Shown: in pieces, positions 28,017 through 38,221 of the stretch
How positions within the stretch are numbered: the first letter of the stretch is position 1
How the letters are laid out: each line of letters opens with the position of its first letter
DNA from: an uncultured bacterium
Lineage (GTDB): Bacteria; Verrucomicrobiota; Verrucomicrobiia; Verrucomicrobiales; DEV007
Direction: 5' to 3'
Assembly: GCA_963977015.1 (NCBI GenBank)
Contig: CAXBMO010000002.1
Span: 256,001 to 320,000, forward strand
Length of the DNA stretch: 64,000 nt
Position numbers and translations under genes: made by a program
Notes under the pieces: model-generated
Databases searched by the model: none
What the model was told of the DNA's origin: nothing
The model's input: the letters and a program-made list of their open reading frames with translations, nothing else

Positions 28017-29978
28017 CTAGGAAAGAGCAATTGCCGCACCGTTTCTCCAACTGCCTTTCGGATCTACCAGAAGTAGAGAAATTGGCGGCATTTGGTCGCG
28101 ATGTATGTCCCGAATACTTTCGTCCAACGCTCGTTTCGCGATCGTCCCCTTTCCGACCACTACCAGATTCTGATCCACAAGTGGAGATAGCATCTTCACA
28201 AACATCTCCTCCCGGGGCCCTCTCGCCTCCACAAAGACATGATCAAACTTCTCTTTCAGTTCTGCCATTTTCTCGCTCATTCCCCTGCCACTGAAGGCAG
28301 ACTCCGCTGAAACGATCATCTCCCAAAGATTCTCAAATTTCGTTTCACGACACGTTGCGTGTTCCAGATCTTCGCCACTCTTCGAATCGACAATCACGAG
28401 TAAACATTTCGCTCCTGATCTCGCCGAAGCGGCGGCAACCAGATTGGTCACATCCTCGCCGACGCCATTCAATTGCGGTGCTGAAATTTGGGTCGTCTTT
28501 CGCTCGGAAATTCCCAACGAATGAACCAGCACCGCAGCATCCTGGCTTTTTGATGGGCCACCGGACGCTCCCAAGTCAGCAACTACCGGAAGTCCCAAAC
28601 GGTGCTGCAACTGGCTCTTGTCCGTGTATGGCACGCCTCGCAAGATCAGGAATGCGATCCAGGCGCAGGTCAGGAAGCCTCCCACCGCAACGGCGACCAG
28701 CATCGCAATGAATAAGCTTGGGCTGGCCTTCTTATGCGGTGTCAATGGCTCTGATATTACTGTCGCAATGTTCCCTGAAGCCGATTGGGAAAAACTCTGA
28801 CCAAGTTGAGCCTGCAGACTCTCGTGAACCAACCACTCGCGCTCAGCCTGTTGTTGAAGGACCCTAAACTCAGAGCTCAGGGACTTCAGCTTTACCAACC
28901 CCTTCTGCAGCTCATTAACCTGCTTCCTCAGCGAATCCTCCTTTGCCTGGGCGGCTACATATTTTGACTGAATGGCGACTTTGATTCCGCTCACCAATTC
29001 TCGTAGCTGGTCCGAATTTTTCCGGTATTCGCTGGCTGCAGACTGGTAGGTTGGGTGTGAATTCCCCCACTCTTCCGCAATCGCAGCAAGCCGCGCTCCG
29101 GAACTGGTCCTTTGGCTGAGAAGATCCGACACGTGAGGCATGGACTGATAACCTCCAAGCTCGACCACAGCAATTGGTGAGGACTCCGAATCCACACCTG
29201 CAAGAGCGGCAGCCTGCCCCTCCAACTCAGTCCGAAGTCGGACCGCCAAATTGAGTTCTTCGCTGAACTGCGAAAGCCGAACGGCATAGAGATCGTGATC
29301 CTGCTCGACAGGAAAATCCGGGTGCGCCTCACGAAAATCACGAATCTTCTTTTCTGCCAACAACGCGGAGGCTCTCGCCTTTTCAGCCTGTGCCTCCAAA
29401 CGCAACCGGGCTCCGATGACCTCCTTTTGTCGCTGTTCATTGAGGAAAGCCTCAAATTCGGTGGCAAACGCGCTCGCAATGGCGCGCGCTCGTTCGGGAT
29501 CCGGATCCATTGAGGCAATTTCCACGATCCGCGTGCCCGGCAACAATTTTGCACTAAAACGATTCTTCCTTAGGTAATCCACCAGTTGGGAATCGGATAG
29601 ATCCGCAACCTTTTGCAGGCTGGCAGGAAGGAAGTCTTTATCCTCCCGCAGTGCAAGGTGCTCGACAACTCTCACAATCATGGAATCGGCAACCATCGCC
29701 ACCTCGAGTGAGGCCAAAGAATCCAAATCTGTTGAATTACCTTCAATCTGCTCAAACTGAATGATCTGATCGAACCTGGGGTCGATCAGCAACAAGGCTG
29801 TTCCCTTATAGAGCGGCTCCTGCGAAAAATAGTAAACCAGGCCAATGATTCCGCATAAGATAGGGATTCCTATGATAATGCGAAAGTACCGCCGAATTAT
29901 ATAGGCAATATCGAAGGCGTCGAGGATTGGATCCACGTCTGAACCATTCGGGGTTCGTTGCTCGGGCAAGGCGTTCAA
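28017..29978 (-). CDS. GumC/Wzc-like polysaccharide co-polymerase with a degenerate kinase-like C-terminus
   Basis: TM1-PLY, long coiled coil with the HP motif (WGNSHPTY), PLTPHKKASP-TM2 and LGLPVV; no intact Walker A motif. Confidence 0.85.
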   Translation of the reverse strand: MNALPEQRTPNGSDVDPILDAFDIAYIIRRYFRIIIGIPILCGIIGLVYYFSQEPLYKGTALLLIDPRFDQIIQFEQIEGNSTDLDSLASLEVAMVADSMIVRVVEHLALREDKDFLPASLQKVADLSDSQLVDYLRKNRFSAKLLPGTRIVEIASMDPDPERARAIASAFATEFEAFLNEQRQKEVIGARLRLEAQAEKARASALLAEKKIRDFREAHPDFPVEQDHDLYAVRLSQFSEELNLAVRLRTELEGQAAALAGVDSESSPIAVVELGGYQSMPHVSDLLSQRTSSGARLAAIAEEWGNSHPTYQSAASEYRKNSDQLRELVSGIKVAIQSKYVAAQAKEDSLRKQVNELQKGLVKLKSLSSEFRVLQQQAEREWLVHESLQAQLGQSFSQSASGNIATVISEPLTPHKKASPSLFIAMLVAVAVGGFLTCAWIAFLILRGVPYTDKSQLQHRLGLPVVADLGASGGPSKSQDAAVLVHSLGISERKTTQISAPQLNGVGEDVTNLVAAASARSGAKCLLVIVDSKSGEDLEHATCRETKFENLWEMIVSAESAFSGRGMSEKMAELKEKFDHVFVEARGPREEMFVKMLSPLVDQNLVVVGKGTIAKRALDESIRDIHRDQMPPISLLLVDPKGSWRNGAAIALS

Positions 29979-30005
29979 AGCAGAGTTGGGGAGTTAAATG
30001 ATCCG

Positions 30006-31508
30006 TTAACAAGCACCTTTACGTGTCAGCACGGTCTTGATGAGAATGTAGAAATCGAGAAAGAGGTTCCAGTTCTCGATATAATGAAGGTCGTAGCGTA
30101 TGCGTTCGCTCAGATCGGTATCTCCCCTCAAGCCATTCACTTGAGCCCAACCAGTCAGTCCTGGCTTGATATTGTGACGAGCGTTGTAGTGCGGAATCTG
30201 ACTTTTGAATCTTGCGATCAATTCAGGCCGCTCCGGTCGCGGACCGATCAAACTCATTTCCCCTTTGAGAACATTCCAGAATTGAGGGAGTTCATCGATA
30301 TTCCACGACCTCATCAACTTTCCAATTTTGAGGCACCTCGGATCGTCTTTCACCGTCCATCCCGGACCGTTTCCATTTTCGGCGTCCAACCGCATCGTGC
30401 GAAGTTTAATCATCTCGAAAGGCTTCCCTCCAAATCCCAATCGTTTCTGCCGGTAGAAGATGTCGCCTTTGCTTTCCCGGTAGACAAGAATACCGAACAG
30501 GGCAATCAACGGAGCGGCCAGAATCAGTCCAACAAATGCACCAATGATGTCTACGACCCGCTTGAGATAGGTATTAAATCCTGAATGAAGAGGCAACCGG
30601 GTGACCCCCAGCACCGGAACACCATGGACTGACTTCACACTGAGTCCGGAGAGAAGAGCGGGAAAGCAATTTGGAATCAGTTCAAAGTCCACCATCTCTC
30701 TTTCACAAAGCTCTGCAATGCCGGCCAACTCCTCACGAGAAAGATCCAAATCCCCCACCAGCACATTGTCTACCGAGTGCTCACCGATCACTGATTCCAG
30801 TCCCTTGTAGTTTCCCAGCACAACGACTTCAGAGGGCAACTCCGCCGAAGAGTCCATCCCTTCCGCTAGCAGCACACCTACGATCTCCAGTTCGGAAGTC
30901 CGGTCCGTCCTGACCACGTTGACGATCTGTTGAACACTGGGAGTCCAACCGATCAGAAGAGTCCTCTTTCGAAGCGAGGCAACTTTTGACGGGACGATGT
31001 AATGGGTAAAAACCAGCCTCCAGTAGGTGAGCCCTCCAATCATCAAAAGTGCACTGACCACACAGTAAACCCGGCTGATTGAGGGCTGGATCTTAAGAAT
31101 CAGAGACAGCGCGAGGAAGACCCCCAGCCACGCGAGAGTGGAGCTTACAACCACGTTCAACTCGTGAGCGGAGGAGAGGAGTTTCTGGTGTTCGTAGGCC
31201 CCACGGTGGCAAAGCGCCAGAGCCATCACTGACGTCCCCAGAACAATCTGGCCAAGATAGTTCCCCAACGTTGGAACGACGTCTGCCGCCTCTCCAAATT
31301 GCGAAAGCGACGTATGAAATCGAAGCCACCACGCAAAACAAAGCGCGCTGGCGACTACCACAATGTCGCCCGCCGAAACCAGAACCACCAATCGAGATCC
31401 TGCGGATTTCGGGTAGAATTTTTTCTTTTCCGGTTTGCCCGCGCTTGATGTCAAAACATCGGTTGGCGCTGGACGATCCAGTGGGATGTCTTGGACAACA
31501 TCGTGCAT
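30006..31508 (-). CDS. Initiating polyprenyl-phosphate glycosylphosphotransferase (WcaJ/WbaP-like)
   Basis: Four N-terminal TM segments, KRVVDI, KLRTM, DDPR, DELPQFWNVLKGEMSLIGPRPE, KPGLTGWAQ and DLHYIENW. Confidence 0.95.
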   Translation of the reverse strand: MHDVVQDIPLDRPAPTDVLTSSAGKPEKKKFYPKSAGSRLVVLVSAGDIVVVASALCFAWWLRFHTSLSQFGEAADVVPTLGNYLGQIVLGTSVMALALCHRGAYEHQKLLSSAHELNVVVSSTLAWLGVFLALSLILKIQPSISRVYCVVSALLMIGGLTYWRLVFTHYIVPSKVASLRKRTLLIGWTPSVQQIVNVVRTDRTSELEIVGVLLAEGMDSSAELPSEVVVLGNYKGLESVIGEHSVDNVLVGDLDLSREELAGIAELCEREMVDFELIPNCFPALLSGLSVKSVHGVPVLGVTRLPLHSGFNTYLKRVVDIIGAFVGLILAAPLIALFGILVYRESKGDIFYRQKRLGFGGKPFEMIKLRTMRLDAENGNGPGWTVKDDPRCLKIGKLMRSWNIDELPQFWNVLKGEMSLIGPRPERPELIARFKSQIPHYNARHNIKPGLTGWAQVNGLRGDTDLSERIRYDLHYIENWNLFLDFYILIKTVLTRKGAC

Positions 31509-31633
31509 TTATCTAAGGAAGGAGGAATTAATCTGCCGGATCAAGGAAGCCGAGATCCCTGCTACAATTGGCTCAAGAATTAGAATTTCAATATTATATT
31601 TACAACTATTTGCAGAATTACGACGCTTTTATG

Positions 31634-31646
31634 ATAAAAATTATAA
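31634..31646 (-). promoter_or_regulatory. TTATAATTTTTAT motif (contains TATAAT) upstream of the left-pointing polysaccharide arm
   Basis: The + strand reads ATAAAAATTATAA. Same sequence and same orientation relative to its gene as the copy at 19107-19119. Confidence 0.45.
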
Positions 31647-32024
31647 AAACTTCCTCATCACCTGCTTCTCGTAAACTTTCAAATTTTAAACTCCACAAAC
31701 CGCAATCATGGCTCGCCCTCCCGATCCGCCATGACAATAACCTCTCAGCCTCAGCCGCTTGAGAGATCGCAGCGGACTTTGAGCGACGAGTAGAAGAAAA
31801 ACCGGGACCAGAAATCGAACAAATGGGAGCGGGTTCTCTCCAAGCCCACACCTCACCCGGATTCACGAATCCCGCTGCCCCTGAAATATTTCAGCAAAAA
31901 TAGCGTGTGTTCTGGACGGCCCCAATCAATGCTTTTTTCCCTTTCGCCTCACGACAACTCGCAATTCCGCTTTGCTCCGGAAGTTGCGAGTTTTGCGTTG
32001 GCGCCCCTGAAAATTTCCAACTCC

Positions 32025-35000
32025 ATGAAAAAACTACTGATCATCTACCTCCTCGGTTGTGGAATACTCCCTCAACTCCTTTCCGCCAAAGATATCACAA
32101 CGGACCAACCCGGTCAGTTTGTTCGAATTGAACTCCCCGGTAAGGGCATTCTCACGTTGGCTGAGGTCGAAATTAATGTGGGTGGAAAGAACATCGCCAA
32201 TGGCGGCAAAACTTCTCAATCCAGCGTGGGATCAGGAGGCCTTCCAGAGCGTGCCATTGATGGAAATAAGGACGGGAGCTACGGCAAAAAAGGGCAAACT
32301 CATACCGCTGAGCAAGACAAACCCTGGTGGGAGATTGATCTTGGAGCCGAACACCAGATCGAAAGCATCCAGATTTGGAACCGCACCGAGCTTCCCGAAC
32401 GCCTGTCCGGATTCAAGCTCTCGATCCTCGATTCCGACCGAAAGCCCGTCTTCGTCAAAGAGAAGATCGAGGCCCCTCTCAATTCGATCCAAATCGATAT
32501 CGGGAAGAAGGGAAAAATCGCCTACTTCGACGCGAAGGGAGGCAAGGGCAAAATCGCCAAAACCAAGCCGAAAAAGAAAAGCGCCCCAACACCTCAACTT
32601 TGGGCTCTGGCCACCAACGAAGTTCCGGCAGACCATCGCGATCCTGCTGAATTTGCCTTTCAGCCGGGCGATGTCGTAACCTTGCTGGGCAACGGATTGG
32701 CAGAGCGGATGCAGTACGACGGATGGATGGAGACGCTGATCCAAAGCGTTGAAAAGGACAAAAAGCTGCGCTTTCGCAATGCCGCGATTTCCGGAGATCG
32801 GGTTGATAAGTTTCCTCGAAACAAGGGGTTCATGCCCGTGGACGCCTACCTCCAGCACACCAAAGCCAATGTCGTGTTTGCGTTCTTCGGCTACAACGAA
32901 AGCTTCGATACCAAACCGGAGGACTACACGAAAAAGCTTGGTGATCTGGTTGCCAAAATTCGAGCAACGAAGCCAGCTGGTGCGTTCCCGCGGATTGTAC
33001 TGTTCAGTCCCATCGCCCACGAAAATCTTGGTTCGAGCAATTTCCCCGATGGAACCGCGAACAACCAACGGTTGGCGGCCATTACTGCAGCAACGAAAGC
33101 AGCTTCGGAGGAGGAGGGAGTCACCTTCGTGGACCTCTTCACCCCTTCCAAGGCACTCTACGAGGCCAATTCCGAGCCACTCACCATCAACGGGATTCAT
33201 CTTAATGAGCAGGGCAACAAGCTCATCGGCGAAGTCATCGCCAAGGCCTTGACCGGGGCCGAAGTGAAGGCCTCCGAATCGCTCGCCGCTCTGCGGGACG
33301 CGGTTCGCGACAAGGATGTGACGTGGTTCGATCGTCACCGGGCGGTTGATGGCAACGATATTTGGGGAAGCCGCTCACCCCTTCACTTTGTCGGCGAACA
33401 GACCAATGGAGATGTGCTGCGCCACGAACTGGTGATGCTGGATGTGATGACGGCCAATCGCGACGTCAAGATTTGGGCGCGGGCGAAGGGCGGAGATCAC
33501 GATGTGCTGGATGAAAACGTTCCTGCTCCTCTTGAGGTGATCTCCAACGTTGGCGGGAAGGGCAACATGTCGAACGCGACGAAGGAGGGGAACGTGAACT
33601 ACCTCAGCGCGGAAGACAGCATCGCGACGATGGATGTGCCGGATGAGTTTCAGCTCAACGTTTTTGCCGATGAATCGCAGTTTCCTGATTTGGTGAATCC
33701 CGTGCAAATGCAGGTGGATGGCAAAGGGCGCCTCTGGGTCGCAGCCTGGCCGACCTATCCCAAGCAAAAGCCGATTCGCAACGTCAACGACAGTCTCCTC
33801 ATTTTTGAAGATACCGACAAGGACGGAAAAGCCGACAAAGTCACCAAATTTGCCGAAGTGCCGAACCCGCTCGGCTTCGAGTTCTGGGGCGGAGGAGTCA
33901 TCGTCTCCAGTCAACCGAACCTAGTCTTCCTGAAAGATACCGATGGCGACGACATCGCGGATGAGCGCATCAAAATTTTGCACGGGGTGGGTTCTGCGGA
34001 TACGCACCACGCATGCAACAACCTCATTTACGGGCCTGACGGCGGCATCTACTGGCAATCCGGGATCTTCCTGCACAACAACTTTGAGCACCCCTGGGGC
34101 CCTTCCCTCAGCACGGGCAGCAGCGCGATGTATCGTTTTGATCCTCGCCGTTTCACCATTGCCCAACACGGCAGCAACAGCCCCAACCCTCACGGCATCT
34201 CATTTGACTATTGGGGCTACCACTACGCGACGGATGGAACCGGAGGACGAGCCTACCAGGTTCGCCCAGAAGGCAGCGGTTGGAAGATGCATCCTCTTCT
34301 TGATAAGGAAGTGCGTCCCGTTCCTGCGAGCGAAATTCTCTCCAGCGCTCATTTTCCGGAGGAGATGCAGCAGGACTTTCTCATCTGTAACTCGATCGGC
34401 TTTCTTGGCCTCAAGCAATACCGTCTTGATCGCGGAGGCGAAGGGTCCGAACGCCCTGTCGGTGAAGTCTGGGGCGAGCCCTCCGGTGCAGAGTTGACGG
34501 TCAGCCTTGATGGCAAGGAAAGCACCTCTCGCGGACTTCTCCTCAGCGGAGACAAGAACTTTCGCCCGACCGATGCCATTGTCGGCGAAGACGGCGCGCT
34601 CTATGTTTCCGACTGGGCAAACGTGATCATCGGGCACATGCAGCACAATATCCGTGACCCCAATCGTGACGACCAGCACGGCCGCGTCATTCGCATCAGC
34701 CACAAGACCCGCCCTCTCCAGGAGCCGGTCAAAATTGCAGGTGCCTCACTCGATGAATTGATGGTGAACCTCGAACATCCGATTGACGGCGTTCGCCACC
34801 GAACTCGCGTTGAGCTGAGTGCCCGCGACTCGGAAGAAGTCATTGCCGCCTGCCAGAAGTGGATGGCGCAGTGGGACAAGAAGAATCCCGACCACGCCCA
34901 TCACCTTCTCGAAGCCTTGTGGCTTCATCAGGCTCACAACGTTCGCGATTCCCAGCTCTTGACCGCTGTTCTGAAGTCGCCGGTGCCCCATGCCCGTGTC

Positions 35001-35492
35001 GCGGCCCAAACCGTCCAGCACCACTGGTATGCGGCTGATCCCGCCAAAGGAGGCGGCTCAGTCGACCAGCAACAACACGAAGAAGCGGCGAAGAAGTCCG
35101 GCATCATTGCCGATTCAGCTGACCTCACGGAGATCCGGATTGCGACTCTGGTCGAAAAAATGAGCTACGATACCAAAGAACTCACGATCAAGGCTGGAAA
35201 GAAGATCCGGCTGACGTTCGCCAACCCGGACTTCATGCCGCACAACCTGCTCGTGGTTCAGCCGGGATCATCCACTGAAGTTGGAACCGCCGCGATGGCT
35301 TTGGGTGCGGAGGGCTTTGCCAAGCAATTCCGTCCGGACAGTGACAAGATCATCGCCGGCACCAAGATGCTCGATAACGGCCAGGAAGAGACCATCGAAT
35401 TCTATGCTCCGGAGAAACCTGGAAACTACGAGTTCGTCTGCACCTTCCCCGGCCACTTCATGCTGATGAAGGGCATCCTGAAGGTCAAATAA
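32025..35492 (+). CDS. PVC-type membrane-bound dehydrogenase-like protein: fucolectin/F5-8C domain, SGNH-like domain, beta-propeller, HEAT region and C-terminal azurin/auracyanin domain
   Basis: Signal peptide; [84 protein letters not shown]...[14 protein letters not shown] (type-1 Cu ligands). Confidence 0.85.
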   Translation: MKKLLIIYLLGCGILPQLLSAKDITTDQPGQFVRIELPGKGILTLAEVEINVGGKNIANGGKTSQSSVGSGGLPERAIDGNKDGSYGKKGQTHTAEQDKPWWEIDLGAEHQIESIQIWNRTELPERLSGFKLSILDSDRKPVFVKEKIEAPLNSIQIDIGKKGKIAYFDAKGGKGKIAKTKPKKKSAPTPQLWALATNEVPADHRDPAEFAFQPGDVVTLLGNGLAERMQYDGWMETLIQSVEKDKKLRFRNAAISGDRVDKFPRNKGFMPVDAYLQHTKANVVFAFFGYNESFDTKPEDYTKKLGDLVAKIRATKPAGAFPRIVLFSPIAHENLGSSNFPDGTANNQRLAAITAATKAASEEEGVTFVDLFTPSKALYEANSEPLTINGIHLNEQGNKLIGEVIAKALTGAEVKASESLAALRDAVRDKDVTWFDRHRAVDGNDIWGSRSPLHFVGEQTNGDVLRHELVMLDVMTANRDVKIWARAKGGDHDVLDENVPAPLEVISNVGGKGNMSNATKEGNVNYLSAEDSIATMDVPDEFQLNVFADESQFPDLVNPVQMQVDGKGRLWVAAWPTYPKQKPIRNVNDSLLIFEDTDKDGKADKVTKFAEVPNPLGFEFWGGGVIVSSQPNLVFLKDTDGDDIADERIKILHGVGSADTHHACNNLIYGPDGGIYWQSGIFLHNNFEHPWGPSLSTGSSAMYRFDPRRFTIAQHGSNSPNPHGISFDYWGYHYATDGTGGRAYQVRPEGSGWKMHPLLDKEVRPVPASEILSSAHFPEEMQQDFLICNSIGFLGLKQYRLDRGGEGSERPVGEVWGEPSGAELTVSLDGKESTSRGLLLSGDKNFRPTDAIVGEDGALYVSDWANVIIGHMQHNIRDPNRDDQHGRVIRISHKTRPLQEPVKIAGASLDELMVNLEHPIDGVRHRTRVELSARDSEEVIAACQKWMAQWDKKNPDHAHHLLEALWLHQAHNVRDSQLLTAVLKSPVPHARVAAQTVQHHWYAADPAKGGGSVDQQQHEEAAKKSGIIADSADLTEIRIATLVEKMSYDTKELTIKAGKKIRLTFANPDFMPHNLLVVQPGSSTEVGTAAMALGAEGFAKQFRPDSDKIIAGTKMLDNGQEETIEFYAPEKPGNYEFVCTFPGHFMLMKGILKVK

Positions 35493-35517
35493 CCGGAAGC
35501 CAGGATCCTTTTCCCGT

Positions 35518-35566
35518 TGGCCCCTTGTTGTGTGCGATCAACCGCCGCGACAAGGGGCCATTTTTT
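35518..35566 (+). terminator. Rho-independent terminator
   Basis: TGGCCCCTTGT...ACAAGGGGCCA stem followed by TTTTTT, between convergent genes. Confidence 0.85.
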
Positions 35567-35583
35567 GCCGGTAACCCATTGCC

Positions 35584-36324
35584 TCAGCGAACCTGGGCAT
35601 GCATGCCGGCTTCATGGAGAGCTTTCATGACATCGGCCTGACTGACCTCGCCTTTCACGATGACCTCTCGCGCTCCACGCTCCAGACCTTCGATCTCTTT
35701 GAGCCCTTCCACGTCCTCGAGGACCTCTTCCACTTCATCGACGCATTTCCCGCAATACAGGGGAAGCCTGGAAACGGTGAGGGATTCCTTTTTCTCGTCC
35801 GAATACTTCTTGTTGTCGGCAAAGGCCTCTATGCTGGGCTTTCCGTAAAACCCACGTTGCATCACATATCCCATGGCGGTCTTCACCAATTCTCCGGATT
35901 CCGCTTCGATCGTAATCTTGTCGCGTCCGGTCGAAATCTCGACTCCCGCCAAGCTCCCGAGCGAACCTTCAATCGCGTTGGTGCACCCCTCGCAGACCAT
36001 GTGAACGCCGGATAAAACCAACTTTGTCTCTCCTTCCGGGATTTCCATCGCGACAGCCTCTCCGCTGCCGCCAGCTGGGCTCGGGGCTCCCGCTTTCTCC
36101 TTCTGCCACTCGGCAATGAACTGCTTGTCAGCATCCGTCAGCATGGCAATCGGCAGTTCCAGAGAGGAACCGTTGGACCTCATGATGAGAATTTTTTCGC
36201 CGTTTATTCGGGTCAACTCACCTTCCAGAGTCTTGCCGGTGGAGGCTTGGGTCCAAGTGCGGGCTAGGGAAACAGAGAGACTCAGGGAGAGTCCCACGAC
36301 GATCAAAACTAGGGCTTTTTTCAC
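35584..36324 (-). CDS. Secreted protein with an SHD1 domain and two heavy-metal-associated (HMA) domains
   Basis: Signal peptide; RTWT..STGKTLEG..LPIAMLTDADKQFI (SHD1); GVHMVCEGC and LPLYCGKC CxxC motifs in HMA-like folds. Confidence 0.78.
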   Translation of the reverse strand: MKKALVLIVVGLSLSLSVSLARTWTQASTGKTLEGELTRINGEKILIMRSNGSSLELPIAMLTDADKQFIAEWQKEKAGAPSPAGGSGEAVAMEIPEGETKLVLSGVHMVCEGCTNAIEGSLGSLAGVEISTGRDKITIEAESGELVKTAMGYVMQRGFYGKPSIEAFADNKKYSDEKKESLTVSRLPLYCGKCVDEVEEVLEDVEGLKEIEGLERGAREVIVKGEVSQADVMKALHEAGMHAQVR

Positions 36325-36390
36325 GATGGGTTAGAGCTGGGGTTTGCAATCAACTCTCAGTTAAACACGGCCAACCCGGCGAAGGAATTC

Positions 36391-38067
36391 CTATTTTTTC
36401 GTCAGTTGAAAGGGAGAATCGTGTGAGTGGTATTCGTAGAGCACGATTTTCTCATGAGGTTTCGTTCCCTTCTCGGTCGTCTGCTCCTTCACGTAGACCA
36501 TTTGCATCGCCACAATTCGCTCTGATTCATCGTGCGTCTCATTCCATTGCTTCATCAGCCATGGGACCAGGAACTTGCGATGATCCTTGTGCTTTTTGAG
36601 CCGCAGATTCATCAGATATTTGCGCCACCGCTGATTCTTGTAGGTCTTGCTCACCAAATCCGGTTTTCGCCACGTCACTCGTTCGCGGGTTCTCAGATCG
36701 ACCACTTCTCCGCTGATTTTCCGAGCCGTGAAGACATACCAACCGTCATCAAGCATTGGTTTCGGCGAGAACATGGACCAGTATTGCCTCAGTCCCGTGA
36801 CTTCGCCGATCCAGTTCAGACTCCTCGGGAAATAGGTCACATAGCGATCGAAATCCGCCGCGCGCACGTTCCAGGCGAGCACGTAGACAAAGAAAAACGC
36901 CGCGAAGGCCGAGTGGAGAACTGTCCGCACATTCGCGACCGGAATGCCCACAACGGGAACCAGCTTCTCGCGATCTTCGCTCCAACGCGGCCGAACCGGC
37001 TTGGCGCCCAAACGCAAAACCGCCAGTCCGCGGGAAATTTGGACGCTCCAGCGCAGCAAGACCTCGAATCTTGCCACCAGGGATCGCAACCAACCCAAAC
37101 TCTTGGGAATGAGTCGGTTCCAGAACAATGCTGGCAGGAAAAGCAGCCAAATCGCCGCACAGGTCCACTGAAAAAGCCCGAGATCCATGGTCAGCCGAAT
37201 CCCCAGCCAGTGAAAAGCCACAAACGTCGCAACCGTTCCGATTCGGAACCATGCATTCTTCCAGGGAATAAAGGCAACCAGCGGCCCGAAAGCTTCGAGG
37301 AAATACGTCACCATGCTCAGCGAGCGATGAAGCCACTCATGATGAAGAATCCACTTTCCGAGCGGGGTCGCAAATTGATCGACATTGAGCGCGTAATAAA
37401 TCCCCAACCCATCCCGCCACCAAATCGGATCACTTTTCAGGCCGGCAGTGAACCAGTACATGAATGCCACCTGAAAGAGAATTGCCGCCGACGCAATCGA
37501 GACGACTTGATCGGGATTTCGCATTGAAACTCCAACCGGAGGGGCCCATTCGCGATTTCTGCTGTCGAGCGACCAACGAAGCCCCAGCGGCAGAAAAAGC
37601 GCCCAAAAATGCATCACCCGAAGGAGGGCGTCGCCTCCCTGGAGAATGTATGGATTGCGATTTTGGAGCGAGCACAACAGGAAGAAAGAGACCAAGGCCG
37701 CGGTTTTGGTGCGATATCCGAGCGTCATACAGGCAGCCGCGATTCCCGCCACAACAAAGAGCAGGAGTTGGAAAATTGCGCCACCACTCATGAGGTGAAC
37801 GCTGTAGAGCCAGTTGCTGCGTTGAAAATCCGCCAACAGGTCAGCTCTCGGCAAAACCCCTGCATCGGTATAGAACACTCCCAGGTCCGCCGAGCGGACG
37901 AAGAGATCAACCAGCAAGATCAGACCGAGGCAGATCCGAAAGAGAGCGACCGAGCGAAGGTCAATTCCAAACAAGTCCCGGACCCAAACCGGAGTCGTCG
38001 AGATGCCTGATGGTTGGAAGAAACGAAGTATTTCACGAGGAAATCGCATTCTGGAATTTCGCTCCAT
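36391..38067 (-). CDS. HTTM-domain membrane protein
   Basis: FGIDLRSVALFRI, YTDAGVLPR, QNRNP..GGD, PLG.RWSLD, YWFTAGLK...W..G and QYWSMFSP. Confidence 0.85.
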   Translation of the reverse strand: MERNSRMRFPREILRFFQPSGISTTPVWVRDLFGIDLRSVALFRICLGLILLVDLFVRSADLGVFYTDAGVLPRADLLADFQRSNWLYSVHLMSGGAIFQLLLFVVAGIAAACMTLGYRTKTAALVSFFLLCSLQNRNPYILQGGDALLRVMHFWALFLPLGLRWSLDSRNREWAPPVGVSMRNPDQVVSIASAAILFQVAFMYWFTAGLKSDPIWWRDGLGIYYALNVDQFATPLGKWILHHEWLHRSLSMVTYFLEAFGPLVAFIPWKNAWFRIGTVATFVAFHWLGIRLTMDLGLFQWTCAAIWLLFLPALFWNRLIPKSLGWLRSLVARFEVLLRWSVQISRGLAVLRLGAKPVRPRWSEDREKLVPVVGIPVANVRTVLHSAFAAFFFVYVLAWNVRAADFDRYVTYFPRSLNWIGEVTGLRQYWSMFSPKPMLDDGWYVFTARKISGEVVDLRTRERVTWRKPDLVSKTYKNQRWRKYLMNLRLKKHKDHRKFLVPWLMKQWNETHDESERIVAMQMVYVKEQTTEKGTKPHEKIVLYEYHSHDSPFQLTKK

Positions 38068-38221
38068 TTAATTAATTTATCAAAAATATTATGATTACTA
38101 AATTAAATGTGTAGAATTATGGCTCCTGAAAGACTCGATCACTCAAATTCGTGATTGGTGGGGAAACCTATTGATGTCGGATCTGCGGCTTTCGCAAATC
38201 GGGTCAAAACATCCAAGTCTG

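Noticed and set aside
19000-31900. Polysaccharide locus as a mobile genomic island
   Set aside because: It looks somewhat more AT-rich by eye, but no integrase, transposase, tRNA or flanking direct repeats were found.
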